Counted from the whole stretch's first letter, positions 1-12,377 are shown. The stretch: 63,982 nucleotides of DNA, filler included, from Dimargaris cristalligena (GCA_003614675.1; 3 parts of 3 records of this genome joined end to end with filler, not necessarily neighbours in it); one strand, 5' to 3'. Program-made: numbers and translations. The notes: generated from the letters alone by a model not told the origin.

Positions 1-1
1 T

Positions 2-2509
2 TTAGGGCAATTCACCAGTCCCCCCACCGGTCCAGATTCGTCCCCTACCTATCTACCGGCGGCGGGTCAATTAAGTACCACCCCTTCTCCCGCGGTGCAC
101 CCGGTGAACCTACCTCCCCACTCAGCCCCCAATCCCCGGACCACCCATCGGTCGACTCCTCCTCAACCTTATCCCAGTGGCACTCATTCCGCCTTACCCA
201 AGAGCAGCCGAACCCCCTTGTCGGCCAACTCCAAGCCCTCACCCCGACTTAACTATATCCCCTGGAACGGTCACTTTGGTATCAACGAGCGCGGCGAAGC
301 GGCCGTTAGAGCCGAGTTAATCTACAACTCCTTTCGAGAGCGGCTACCTTTGGTGGACCTGAACCGCTACCTCCTCCATAAGGTCATTGTGGATAAAAAG
401 GCGGAACTCGGCTGGGAGGCTAGTAACCTCCAATATGCCATCAAGAAAGACTGCCTAATTTTCCTGTTGGTGCGATTCAATTTCGCCCCTAACAAATCAC
501 GGCGACGCACGTCTAGCAGCGATGGTAGCGGTAGCGGTAATGGCGAAAGTACTCACAATCCCACTTCGAAGAAGGCACCCCCAAACCCGACCGGGACGGA
601 GCCCCTCCCAGTCGATGCCTATAACGACTTCATATTCTACCTAGCTGAAAAGAAAATTATGGGGGTCGTCTCGTCGCCCCCCCGGGGTCTCCTTTCCTTA
701 CACTGCTTCGCCTTGCGGTTCGGGGAAACCATGCCCGAGATCCTCAAATGGTTTCGCGTACCCACTTTACCTCCCGCCCCGCCGGCATCGGGCGTTATTG
801 GGCGACTATATGGTATCCTAACGCTCGCCCGCTCCCCCGAAATGGTCTACGGGGAACCGCAGCAGCTTCGGGGGGTGGTGGTGCCCCCACCACCTAGCTC
901 CACTTCCATAGCGGTCGACCCCATGCGCCAGCTTCAGCAGATCGCTGGTTTAGCGTTCCCTCATTCGCTTTCCAACCAACCGGCTTCAACTTTCGGGGTG
1001 CCTGGTTTAGACCAAGCGGTTACCAATGCTATCCAACCGCCCCCCGCCTCGGAGCAAAGGGACTCGACCCTGGTGATCCGAAATATGGAGCTGCTCATGG
1101 CCTTGCAAAACCCCGACCAACCCCCGACCATCCGGTCATTGGGACAAACCATCATGGGCAACCCCCAAATCTTTAATGCCGTCATTTACTCGCCGGACCC
1201 CCCGATGGATACTATTCTGCGGCTTTTCCAGGCCGCTCTGACCCTGAATCCGGGGGCCTTGGTGGCGCCCGCCCCGTTGGGAGGGGGCGATGGTGCACTA
1301 CTGTCCCATGGGTCGATACCGGCCGTCACCACGTATTCGGATGCCCGCCGGGATCCCCGACGATCGGCCCATTGCACCTCCCTGCAAGGCGAAAAGTTAT
1401 CGTCCATGTCGCCCCTGTCACTGGGAACGTCCTTGCAGAGTCCGCCCTACTCTTTGCATGCGGCTGCTCCAGAGACTACGACCGCCAGTCGATGGTCGGT
1501 ATCCCCTGACCTAAGCTCGAGTTCAAACCAAGGGGTAGTGGTGAGGTCCCAGGCGGATACTGGCGTCACTAACCATCCACCCGTGCCCATAGTTACCACC
1601 CTGCCATTGGAACCCACCCCCCTGGCTGTCGCGGCGCCGCCGATGCCACCCACTGAAATGGCCGGTTGTAGTCGCTCTAGTGACCATGGCCTTGGTCTAT
1701 CCCTCACCCCAAGTAGTGACCAGTCCACCCCCAATGGAAACCCCAGGAAACCGGACCTGGTGACCCCTCAACAGTCCCAAACTGGTCTTGACATCCCACC
1801 CAAATCCCTGGATGTTCAGCTAAATGTGTCCGAATTCTCGCGCGGTATTCCCGACCTGCTGCCTCAACGACCCCGGCAACACCTGTTGACTTCACCACCC
1901 CCACCTCCACAATCCCCGTCACCGCCGCCGCCCCCACCTCCACAATTCCCGTCACCGCCGCCGCCCCCACCTCCACAATCCCCTCCTCAGCCAAGGTCAC
2001 CGATACGTACTCGTCCATCTTCACCAGCACCAGCACCAGCACCACTACCCCCTCCTCCCTATCATTCGCCGGAACAAGTCCCTCGTTTGAGAACGAGTGC
2101 ATCCGGTAAAAAGCGCTACCCGGACGGAACCAAACTCTATTGGACCTGGGACCGGTCCTACGCGACCGACAAATCGGGCGATAACGTGCTGTTTGATTCG
2201 GTGCAAGACTGCCGGGAAGATTTTGACCTATCCAATGTGGTTAACATCGAATACGGTCATTCGGATGAAGCCACGGGTAATGACGGTACCGGTAAATTTA
2301 CGGGCACCGGCTGGTGGGACACTACTACTGGGGAACGGGGGGATACCTACCCGCCGCCACCTGCCGCTAACACTACTAATGCTTCGGCGGACAAGGCGGA
2401 TTCGCATAATGAAAGTTTGCCGTCGGATGATGAACACCCCGTCGACTCCAACTCTATATTAGCATCGTGGAACAAAAAACCCACCCCTTCCGAGAACGCG
2501 GGGTGGTGA
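2..2509 (+). CDS. Pro/Ser-rich hypothetical protein, 5' part lies outside the window or in an upstream exon
   Basis: Frame is open from base 2 to TGA 2507-2509 (>800 codons). The window begins with tttag, a possible 3' splice site. No family recognised. Confidence 0.7.
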   Translation, partial: LGQFTSPPTGPDSSPTYLPAAGQLSTTPSPAVHPVNLPPHSAPNPRTTHRSTPPQPYPSGTHSALPKSSRTPLSANSKPSPRLNYIPWNGHFGINERGEAAVRAELIYNSFRERLPLVDLNRYLLHKVIVDKKAELGWEASNLQYAIKKDCLIFLLVRFNFAPNKSRRRTSSSDGSGSGNGESTHNPTSKKAPPNPTGTEPLPVDAYNDFIFYLAEKKIMGVVSSPPRGLLSLHCFALRFGETMPEILKWFRVPTLPPAPPASGVIGRLYGILTLARSPEMVYGEPQQLRGVVVPPPPSSTSIAVDPMRQLQQIAGLAFPHSLSNQPASTFGVPGLDQAVTNAIQPPPASEQRDSTLVIRNMELLMALQNPDQPPTIRSLGQTIMGNPQIFNAVIYSPDPPMDTILRLFQAALTLNPGALVAPAPLGGGDGALLSHGSIPAVTTYSDARRDPRRSAHCTSLQGEKLSSMSPLSLGTSLQSPPYSLHAAAPETTTASRWSVSPDLSSSSNQGVVVRSQADTGVTNHPPVPIVTTLPLEPTPLAVAAPPMPPTEMAGCSRSSDHGLGLSLTPSSDQSTPNGNPRKPDLVTPQQSQTGLDIPPKSLDVQLNVSEFSRGIPDLLPQRPRQHLLTSPPPPPQSPSPPPPPPPQFPSPPPPPPPQSPPQPRSPIRTRPSSPAPAPAPLPPPPYHSPEQVPRLRTSASGKKRYPDGTKLYWTWDRSYATDKSGDNVLFDSVQDCREDFDLSNVVNIEYGHSDEATGNDGTGKFTGTGWWDTTTGERGDTYPPPPAANTTNASADKADSHNESLPSDDEHPVDSNSILASWNKKPTPSENAGW
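1898..1983 (+). repeat. Coding 33-bp tandem repeat (~2.6 copies) encoding PPPPQ(S/F)PSPPP
   Basis: Unit ccccacctccacaat(c/t)cccgtcaccgccgccgc is repeated head to tail. Confidence 0.85.
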
Positions 2510-3346
2510 TATATGATTGTTATATGAGACTACTTTTGTGCTGATTGAATGAGATGAGACTTATTTCTTTAATTATAGCTAAATTTGGTTTGCACTTTCG
2601 TTTTTGAAACGTTTACGTCTTTGCAGTTTAACATTATGGTATTGCAACTCAATGAATGACTTATTGTTACTATTTGAAGGGTTTGGTGCCAATTTATTTT
2701 AGCCCAACTACGTAAGCGCCAGATGCATGTTTATCCATGAAAAAGAGAAAGGTCGTTTTTTGCATTTAAGCCTCTCTGAAAACGGCTATAGTGTGACTAT
2801 GGTCACAAATATACCCCAGATTCGTGATCCAATCTGAATTAGAGGTATGAATTATTAAAATCCAGAACTGATCAGTTTATAACGACGGGGTCCATTAAAG
2901 GCGGACTCAGGACATAAAAGGGAAATAGACCTCTACCTAGTCCCCTATAAATAATATAACACCGCCCGTCTGAACATCTACCATTGTATCAAACAGACCT
3001 TTGGGGGGACCTTAGATTTTTTGTAGGAAAATTTATTTTACATAATAGGATAATCGGAGAAACAGATTTAATAACAACAGAAATAAGCCATAGGCAAAGG
3101 TAAAAAATACCTAATCGCCCAAGGTGAATAGCAAAAGGTGCAAAAATACAGAGACTTGGGCGAATGTTGGCTGGTTGGGCCCGTGTCCCTTGTGAAGGCC
3201 ACTTATTATGGGTGAATGGCTAAAGTAGGGAAAGGTGCTCTTCTGAATTCAGTCCAGGAGGAATCGGCCTAGATTGAAATATATATCTATTTTTCTAATA
3301 AAAATAAATGAGGCATCGTTTAGCGTGGCTAACGGGGGGTCCCGCA

Positions 3347-4322
3347 TTACACGGATCCACGTCGGGGACGTAGGCCAAGGCGGCGGTACTTCTTAAGCTT
3401 AAGGACGCGCCGCCGCCAAATAAGAGTCATGCACGACAGAACGGCGACAAATACGTTGAGAAACTAGGGAGGAGAATGTAAAGGTGGATAGATACCCAAT
3501 CATGCAAAGATTAGGGGGGTTTTATAAGCTGGGTGAGTGACGGTTCAATGAATCCAAGTAGTGACACCCTTTTCCCGGAATCAACCGGGATTTAGCCATG
3601 GATATACCCGATCCAATATATAGTCTTTATATAAGACGGTGTCGGGCGGCTATGGATAATAAAGCCGAATACTAGCCACTAGGCCAGCGCCAAGACCGGT
3701 AAGTAGCACGGGTCCCCACGCCCCCTCCCCTCTTCACCCTTTCGACTACTTTAGGGTATGGCCAGCATTGCTATAGATAACTAACCCGCCTGTTAAATAG
3801 CTACGGCCTAACCAAAGCATAACCTACCTGAAATCGGAAAAAGGCCCAACGCGAGACGGATTTGACTTGGTCGCAGGGCTGAAAACGGGGCAAGCTCGTG
3901 ACGTCCTGCTTCTCAGGGGGGACTTTTTCCTTCCACAGGCATTTGACGGCCTGTTTGCGGCCCGTATTAGCGCAGTAGGGAAACGCCCCGGGGCTGTTCA
4001 TTTCGTCGTCGCTGCAGGGTTGGCAGGTCCCGATGGTTTCGCATTGGTACAGTGACCCCAAGGGATCGCTCGCCTCTCCATCCACATGGAGGGGGAAGGC
4101 GGGGGGCGTTAAAGGGGGTGACGACGCGGGGGGCGGATTATTGACGGCTGGGGCAGTGCCAGGGGTAGTGGTTACCGTTGCTAACGAGGGGGGAAGGACC
4201 TGGTCCCGGCGGGTTAAGGATAAATGGTCGGAGAAGGGGTCTTGGATGGTAAAGGTAACGAATAGGAGAAGTATGACGGCCACGGGGAGGGCCCGGCGAA
4301 GGCCACTGACTAGTGAAGCCAT
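3347..4322 (-). CDS. JTB: JTB (jumping translocation breakpoint)-like membrane protein; exons 4322-3828 and 3463-3347; 203 aa
   Basis: N-terminal hydrophobic segment, six-Cys domain (CETIGTCQPC..YCANTG..KC..QPC), then WAFFRFQ|FLNVFVAVLSCMTLIW-RRR transmembrane helix and basic tail. GT-AG intron 3827-3464 joins in frame. Confidence 0.7.
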
Positions 4323-5450
4323 TTGGAAGAAATCTGTGAATGGAAAGCAGGGTGCCTGGCAATGTATCAATAGGGCTTACACAGGAATCATCCGAGACCG
4401 AAGTAGAGAAGAGCTGGAGATGGGCGGAAAAGTGGGGAACTAAGAGGGCAGCATGTAAAAATTGCCTGTCACGAACGTGAATAGAAAGAGAATAGAAAGG
4501 AGAGAAGAGGTCCAAGCATTAAGAAGGAGACACTATTATTGGCTGACGCAGTGGGTCTCTGAAGTAGGGAAAATAATCTGACAAGACGCATCACACTAAA
4601 AGGACCTTCCTTGACTGAACTCCTTTGGGTAACATTGCCAACCAACCGCTGGACGATTAAAAACCACCCCACTAATTATACTATGAACTGAAACACAGCA
4701 TCAGCACTTGCTCTAGCCCCATTAAACGGCTTCACCTTGGCATGTTAACTGATATTCAATGGAAAAACATGCGATACTTAGAGCTATAAACATGGCCACT
4801 TCCAAGCAGCTTGGCAAAACACACCATATTGGAAATTGGGCAGAGAAGCTGGTTCAGACACCCCCTAGTTAACCATAACTAATAAAAATTTGGCCTCTAG
4901 CGAGTACATTATATAGCCGCCCAAATAAAAAGCAGTCATAATAGAAACACATTTGAACCCAACCGTGGAAATTGGCACCTGACCAATTAACCCCTCAATG
5001 GCCAGGCTGAAGAAGGCTCGGTTAATGGAATTTAGTTGACGGGCCTATAGGTACGCAAATAAATATTATAGATCGTGGCATTATAGCCCAAAGCAAAGGC
5101 AACATCTAACTCAATCCCAGGCTTCTTCCATTTCGAATTTTGGGAATAAAAAATTTAGCAATGAAACCAATTAGTATATATAGGGAGGGAGATATATAGA
5201 TATGTAAAAGAAAACCCGGATATATTAATAAGCTGGGCAGAAAGCCGGTAAGGACAATAAATGATAGACAAATGCGAGGGCAAAGCAATGCTGGATGGCT
5301 AGCCAAAGAAACCTAGCTATTCGAACCCAGCATTGAAAAAGCGGGGGTGGTATTTTAAATGGTTCAACATAGCCGAGACTCTGGGCCTCGAGACAAAAGG
5401 AGAGTGCAGAAGGAAACTAATCAACGAAGGGTACAGAAAAGGAGGGGTGG

Positions 5451-8400
5451 CTATTGCATCTTTTCCCGAATGAAGCCCAGGAACTGCTGATAGCTCATCA
5501 TGTTCATGTTTTTGTCCTCCACCAGGTGCGCGTGGAACTGACTACGAAGCTGTGCCGGTGCATCCTCCTTGACCAGCTGAAGTGTGGGCGCAAAAGCGTG
5601 GCGGGTTAGGGCCGCCAGGCGGGCAAGTATAGCATGAACCCGACGGGAAATGTCCGTATCTAACTGGGGCAGTCTTAGGGGCCCGCTGGTCAATTCATTG
5701 TATGAACCCACACTGAATAGGTCACGTAACAGGTTGGGGTGGGCGTCCCGGCCCATCCAGACATACTGTTCAGTAACGGAGTAGAGCAAAAAGACGCCAT
5801 GGCGGGCCAGTTTCTCACTGCTAAGATTGAGAGGGGGAGGTAGCTGAGTCAGGTTAGGAGCCTGGTCGCTAGGCAGGCCAGCTTCGGGTGAAAGTTCATG
5901 TAGGGGATAGAACTTCGCCAAAAGGTAGGTCTGGAGAATTTCAGGCGGCAGGGTGAGAACCTGGGCCAGAGCTGCCGTTCGGAGGTCGCTGGGATGGTGA
6001 ACCCCGGTGGCGGAACGCAGCGCATCGCCCTTGAGAATACCCAGAGTGAGAAGAGGCAAGAGGTTCAAGCTGCGGGGCACGGGGATCTGGCCGAGAGTAC
6101 CGTTGATGAGACCCAGCTCGGCCCGGTCTACGTTCAGCATATCTACAGTCTTGAATTCGACGGCCTTACGGGCGTCCTCCAATTTAGCGGACAGGACCCG
6201 GTCGGCGGCCTTCTTGGCGAGCAGAGCCGCCACAGCGACCTGGTCAATACCACGGAACAGATCGCGCACTTGACTCACAATGGGCAAGGCCAGGGTGGCT
6301 ACCCGAATACGACGTTCGCCGTTCGAAGAGGTGTAGAGCAGGGCTGATTGGAAAAAGGCCACGGGCCCAGCCAGGTCGTTTTCGAGGGCCACATCAGCCG
6401 CGTAACAGTGGTCAGGGGACACGTTCGGCAGGGCCAGTAAATCGGTACTCCGAAGGAAGTGGTGACCATAATAGGCAGGGAATCGAATACCAGGGGAAGC
6501 CCGAATACGGAATACGGCCTCCCATCCATTGTCCCGGGACAGAAACCGTTTCATTTCGGACATAACCTGATTCACATCTTCAGGCCGGGTGCTCAAGAAG
6601 CCCGGATACATATAGATGCTACCACCTGAGGTACGGGCCAGGGGGGCCAATGAGGCCAGGTCCACATAGCCGGAGGCAAAAACAAAAAAGTCCACGGTGA
6701 TCTGCAGGCCTAGGACTTGCTGGATAAACGAACTGTAGAAGGGGTCAGCTGGCTTGAGCAGGTCCGATTCTTTAGCCGTACCCGCGGCCTTGACATCCTC
6801 GCGGTTCTTGAGAGCACCCGCCTTGATATTGGGCAGGGCCGAGTGGCAAACAATGATTTTACCACCAATGTGCTGGATCAAGCGCTTGGCGGACTGAAGG
6901 GCGGGGCCAAGGGCGAAGCCGGTAGCGGTAGTACCCAGGAACATCTCGCCTAACCGACTGAGCAGGGCATCGATGGCCGGGCGACATTCGGACAGGTTAA
7001 CTAGCAGCTGATTGGGGTAGGGTAGGAAGGGATCATCCAAGTCGGGCACTACCAGCATCTGGGGCTCGGTGCCCTCGGGGGTGAGACTATAGAAATGTAG
7101 GGCCGAGTCTACCGTGATGAAACACACCATGGCGCGCCCGTCGGTGTTGGGGATCCGGTCCAAGCTTTCCAGAATGGCCTGGGCCATTACGCCAATGGAA
7201 CCGTTTTTGACGGCATCGTGGGACACGTCGATGATAAACACATAGACGGGAGGCTGCGGGGGACGACTCATATACTGGGCCGGGGCGACATATTCGACTA
7301 CGGAGTGGCTTAGTTCGGGACGTTGGAAGCGGTCCACGGGAACCTGCTGGTAGGCGTCGTAATCAAAAAAGGCCGGAACCTCATTCTTGAGGTTGCAGAG
7401 ATTGCATAGCCACTTATAACCACCATCGGTGAAGCGCACGTAGGGGTTCAGGTAGGTACGGCAACGACGACAACGGACGATATCATGCACCACAGGCAAG
7501 GGGCTCTCGCCCTCGTCATCGGTCTTGAATGGAGTAAAGGTAATACCGAAAAGCAACTTGGATTTCTTGAGCAGAGAAGCGGAGTTGGGCACGCAATTTA
7601 AGGTGGAGCGCATGTGTTTGCCGTCACAAGGCACATAGTGCGGGGTCGCGGCAGTCTGGGGAGGCAGCACCACGGGGGGCAGGGGTTGTTCCAAGGTCCA
7701 GATCTCGGGGGGACCAGCTAATAAGGCGGATGCGGCCCCGGCATTATGGGCACCGCTGAAGCCCATATTACCGAATTGGTTGGACAGCGAAGCCATGGGG
7801 TCCTGGGCGGCATAACCCGGGGAAGCGGGGGAACGCTGGTGCCCTGGATTCGGAACGGGTGCGGCGGGAGCCTCGCCCGGCACAAAAAACTGCGGAGCCT
7901 GGGTGATCTGAGAAGGGGCGGCATTGGGAGGATAGCCAGCGCTGGAGGGCAGGGGAGGGGCACCAGCCTGGGCGTTGGGCTGAGTATAGGCCGATGTGAT
8001 CTGCTCTGGATAAAGCCGGCGCCGGGCACCATGCCCCGAAGTGGATCCGGACATGGAGGTGGGGCTGCGGGGGGTATCAGAGGGCACAGGTGAGGCGGGC
8101 GGGTACGAAGGAGTTGTGGGCCCATGCCGGGGGCTAGCAGCGGTGGGGTGTTGGGGTGGGGACATGGGGCGCTGCGAACCAGGACCAGCGACGGCATACT
8201 GGCCCGGATAGGGAGCAGGGGGGCGCTGGCCGTACATAGCGGGCCGTGGGCGGACGCCGTAACTAGCGCCGGGGGCCGGCGAGGGTTGGCCGGACCGCGA
8301 GGGCTGGGGGCGAATCGACTGGGGAATCCCGCCCGGAGGTGGCTGGAAATTCATGGGACGACCGGGAGCACTGGCGGGCGGGTAGGGGGGTCCCTGCGAA

Positions 8401-8588
8401 TTCGGTGGGGGCCGGGGTACCCCAGGACCTCCAGCGGATTGGGGAGGCCTGGGCCGGGGTTGGCCCATGGCACCAGGAGGGCGAGGGCGGGGGGCGGCAC
8501 CGTACGGACCAGGTTGCTGGGGCGGCTGTTGTGGATATGAGGGTGGGGGTGGCCGTTGGGGACCACTTGGCGGCGGCTGCGAATTCAT
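5451..8588 (-). CDS. SEC24: COPII coat subunit Sec24, intronless CDS, 1045 aa
   Basis: Pro-rich N-terminus, zinc finger RCRRCRTYLNP..WLCNLC, trunk motif PPVYVFIIDVS, beta-sandwich GERRIRV, gelsolin-like C-terminus. Confidence 0.97.
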   Translation of the reverse strand: MNSQPPPSGPQRPPPPSYPQQPPQQPGPYGAAPRPRPPGAMGQPRPRPPQSAGGPGVPRPPPNSQGPPYPPASAPGRPMNFQPPPGGIPQSIRPQPSRSGQPSPAPGASYGVRPRPAMYGQRPPAPYPGQYAVAGPGSQRPMSPPQHPTAASPRHGPTTPSYPPASPVPSDTPRSPTSMSGSTSGHGARRRLYPEQITSAYTQPNAQAGAPPLPSSAGYPPNAAPSQITQAPQFFVPGEAPAAPVPNPGHQRSPASPGYAAQDPMASLSNQFGNMGFSGAHNAGAASALLAGPPEIWTLEQPLPPVVLPPQTAATPHYVPCDGKHMRSTLNCVPNSASLLKKSKLLFGITFTPFKTDDEGESPLPVVHDIVRCRRCRTYLNPYVRFTDGGYKWLCNLCNLKNEVPAFFDYDAYQQVPVDRFQRPELSHSVVEYVAPAQYMSRPPQPPVYVFIIDVSHDAVKNGSIGVMAQAILESLDRIPNTDGRAMVCFITVDSALHFYSLTPEGTEPQMLVVPDLDDPFLPYPNQLLVNLSECRPAIDALLSRLGEMFLGTTATGFALGPALQSAKRLIQHIGGKIIVCHSALPNIKAGALKNREDVKAAGTAKESDLLKPADPFYSSFIQQVLGLQITVDFFVFASGYVDLASLAPLARTSGGSIYMYPGFLSTRPEDVNQVMSEMKRFLSRDNGWEAVFRIRASPGIRFPAYYGHHFLRSTDLLALPNVSPDHCYAADVALENDLAGPVAFFQSALLYTSSNGERRIRVATLALPIVSQVRDLFRGIDQVAVAALLAKKAADRVLSAKLEDARKAVEFKTVDMLNVDRAELGLINGTLGQIPVPRSLNLLPLLTLGILKGDALRSATGVHHPSDLRTAALAQVLTLPPEILQTYLLAKFYPLHELSPEAGLPSDQAPNLTQLPPPLNLSSEKLARHGVFLLYSVTEQYVWMGRDAHPNLLRDLFSVGSYNELTSGPLRLPQLDTDISRRVHAILARLAALTRHAFAPTLQLVKEDAPAQLRSQFHAHLVEDKNMNMMSYQQFLGFIREKMQ

Positions 8589-8622
8589 GGAGACTGGCGA
8601 GGCGAAAAACGGGAGGAGTTAT

Positions 8623-9138
8623 CTACAATAAAACAAACGAAGAGAGGATTGAATCTAAACAACAGGCGGGCGGCTAAAGTGAATCAGACGTAACACACTT
8701 TAGCTGGATGATGAATGATGTCGGAGTTTAGGGAAGAAGGGTAATTGGGGGGTGAGTGAGCAGTATGAATCAAAGTTTGATAGGGTGGCCGATGAGGGGT
8801 GGTGGAGTCAGGTCATCACCATAGGTTCTAGGCGGGCAGGCCGCTCAACACAGGGGGTTGGGATGAAACGCCGTCGAGCGTAGAGCCAGCTGGCCACAAG
8901 GGTCTCAGGGGAGGGCAGGGGTAATGTGGTTGGGCCACTCTCCCTCTGCAAATGAAGTGGACTTGGGGAAGGCTAACTCGGCTGTTTCGGAGCGGACGAA
9001 GGTGCCGGGGGTGGAGTGAATCATCCGCTTTAGAATCGCGGGGTTGACCTACCTTGGGAAGTCGAATGTAACAAACGAATAATAATATAGAGGGCCGAAA
9101 GATGAACAAACCGGGGGAAGATGGGTACGGCCGCTTAC
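8623..9138 (-). other. Probable 5'UTR intron of SEC24
   Basis: Minus-strand donor GAG|GTAAGC at 9138 and acceptor TTGTAG at 8623 after a pyrimidine tract, 34 nt before the ATG. Confidence 0.5.
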
Positions 9139-9591
9139 CTCAAGGCGGAGAGAGAACTTCGGCTGGCCTGCGTTCCCGAGCTGAATAGAGTGGGAAGGGT
9201 GAGGTTTGGTGGCAGACTGTGATTTATCCCATTATTCCCCAGCACCTACAGTGAAAATGTGGTGTTCCTTGGTTGGCCACGCCTGGGGAGGGGCATATAG
9301 CCCCACCGCTGCCCAGCAGATGATGGTACGGACGGGGTGAATGCGCGCATATACGGGGCCTGGTAGGCACAACTCCCCCGCACGCTGCTACTAGTTCTGG
9401 GCTGCACATGTGAGAGAACGGGTTGGCGGTTATTAGGCCTCACGGCAAAGGTGGTGTGGTACCTCTCACCAAGCAAGGTATGCGAGTTGCCCCATCCTAA
9501 CCACTGTCCGCTGGTTGGCCGACCATAGCCGCGTGTAATGTTCTAGATAGCCAGCTTATCTGTTCGCGCCCCCTGAATGGACACGCCCGCC

Positions 9592-9671
9592 GTCTCCCCC
9601 CTTCTCCGTTGCTGGGCAGTGCTTAATCTTGGTCTCCCCTTCTCCGTTGTTGGGCAGTACTTAATCTTGGT
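9592..9671. repeat. ~39-bp tandem duplication in the SEC24/ADK1 divergent promoter
   Basis: gtctcccc(cc)ttctccgttg(c/t)tgggcagt(g/a)cttaatcttgg occurs twice in tandem. Confidence 0.85.
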
Positions 9672-9831
9672 GGCACATATACTTGCGACCCTTCCCCTGG
9701 TCGCCCCACTTTCCTTCTACCCTTTTCTTTCTTGCTTGCTTTTATCCTTCGTTTCTTCTACTGCCCCATCGCTTGGCGATCCTTTACCCTCCCTCCTCTC
9801 CCCTCCACCTGTTCACTAAACTACTATAACC

Positions 9832-10723
<892 letters not shown>

Positions 10724-12231
10724 GGAGGACTTGGCTACGCGTCCCAGCGGGGGTGGGTTGATATAATCGGATTATGGCGAGTGTGTGTGTTCCCTCCGCC
10801 TAGTCAAATGCAAATATATATGTCTCCAATAGGCATTGGCGCTTTGTTCGATTGCTACAATCAGTGGCTGGGGGGGGTACCTTCTCCCGTATATCGCCGC
10901 CATGGCGGATGGTGTAACACTTCTTCCGATCCTTTATTATTACGCTTCAACGAATCGCTAACCCAACCTGACTTGACTTGATTTGCCACGAAATGCAGGG
11001 CTTTAGCCACTTGCTTTTTTATACCCTTCGGCGATTATGCCCTAATTATGCTGCCGTATTGCAACCTTAAAGACCCGCTGTTACTCGTACCTTTCCTTCC
11101 ACCATCTCCCCTTTTATTACTATGTTTCTTTTCTTTATCCTGGACTGTCCTATGCATCCGTACTCTTCCATTTATTTTTCATTGGGGCCATTTTGCCTTC
11201 TGACACTTAGATGCCTCAGTCCGCCTAATGCTGTGCTCCAACTATTTTCCGATGTATCGCCTGAACCTGCGGCTATTTAAAACTGGGGAGGGTGGTGGGG
11301 ACTTAAGTGAATTGTTATCCTTATATATCCCCGTGTTTTGTGAATGGCGGTGTCATTCTCATTACTACTGCCACCTGTACCCGTTTTCCCCCCCTTCCAC
11401 CTTTCCCCTTCCCAATTATCTTCCCTAGTGTAAATTTGCTTTATACCCCCCCCTCTCCTATTCCGTTCAATTTTCAAATGGACCACTATCTAACTTATAT
11501 CATCACCTCTACCAGCTGTAGCGGCAGTAAAGGTTGTCCGTTTGTACCCTATATCTGTATGGTTAAGAATTGAGATGCGTCATACCATTTGTGCCCATTT
11601 GCTTAAGAACTCCTGTCACTTTCCACTTGATAGTACTTGGGTTAGTTTATTGATAGTATATCGAAAACCACGGCCCTCGGTGGCCATGGTTGTATAGCAA
11701 CCGGATACATGCTGGTTTCAGCCAAGGGGGAAAATCAGATTGGGACGTACTTACCCGATCTTGTTTGTGAAATACCGCCCGCGCGGGGTATTCGTGTCCC
11801 CCTAAAGAGCCCCTCCTGGCCATCTATGATACAGACCCTAACATATTAAGGTAGGGAATGTAAGGGAATGACAACGACATACTGTCGGACCCGTCGACTG
11901 CATAGCTATTTTAAGCCAATTTCCGTTGGTTGGGTCTATATTTTTAATCCTCTGTGGAGACTGCATTGCCCGTTTATGTGCCGTTTAATCAGGGGTGAAT
12001 CAACGGGCGGAGCACATTTTCGGTCATCTGTCCCATTCTCTATGCGTCTCGGATGGTCAGGGAGTTTAGGTATTAATGTAAAATGAAGCGGGATTCGAAT
12101 ATGTCTGTAGTTCGTGCGTATCCAAACTTCCCGGGACTGGTCAGATGCGAGGACGGTTAATCGAGTCGGGTGAATCGTCAGCCGGTCACCTGCGGTGCTA
12201 ACTGAAGTGATATGTCAGGCCTCCATTTATA

Positions 12232-12377
12232 ATATGGGAGAAGTTCATACAGGCTGTATAACGAAAAATCCGTTAGATGGTGCCAGTATTACTGGTTAAA
12301 AGCCATTATTCTCCCACATATTCTCCTATCCGCGTACTATGTAAACTTTATACAGCTGGTTTGGATTTTTCCCATAT
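12232..12377 (+). mobile_element. MITE-like element, copy 1 (146 bp)
   Basis: 30-bp imperfect terminal inverted repeats ATATGGG...CCCATAT (24/30 match). Core AGGCTGTATAACGAAAAATCC is shared with the copies at 22975 and 43830. Confidence 0.85.

Noticed and set aside
5319-5335. GTTCGAA T-loop-like motifs (minus strand here, similar at ~12091)
   Set aside because: No T-stem pairing or cloverleaf could be built, so no tRNA was called.
9577-9819. 80-aa hydrophobic ORF just upstream of ADK1
   Set aside because: Arises from pyrimidine-rich promoter/UTR sequence and the tandem duplication; stops before ADK1.
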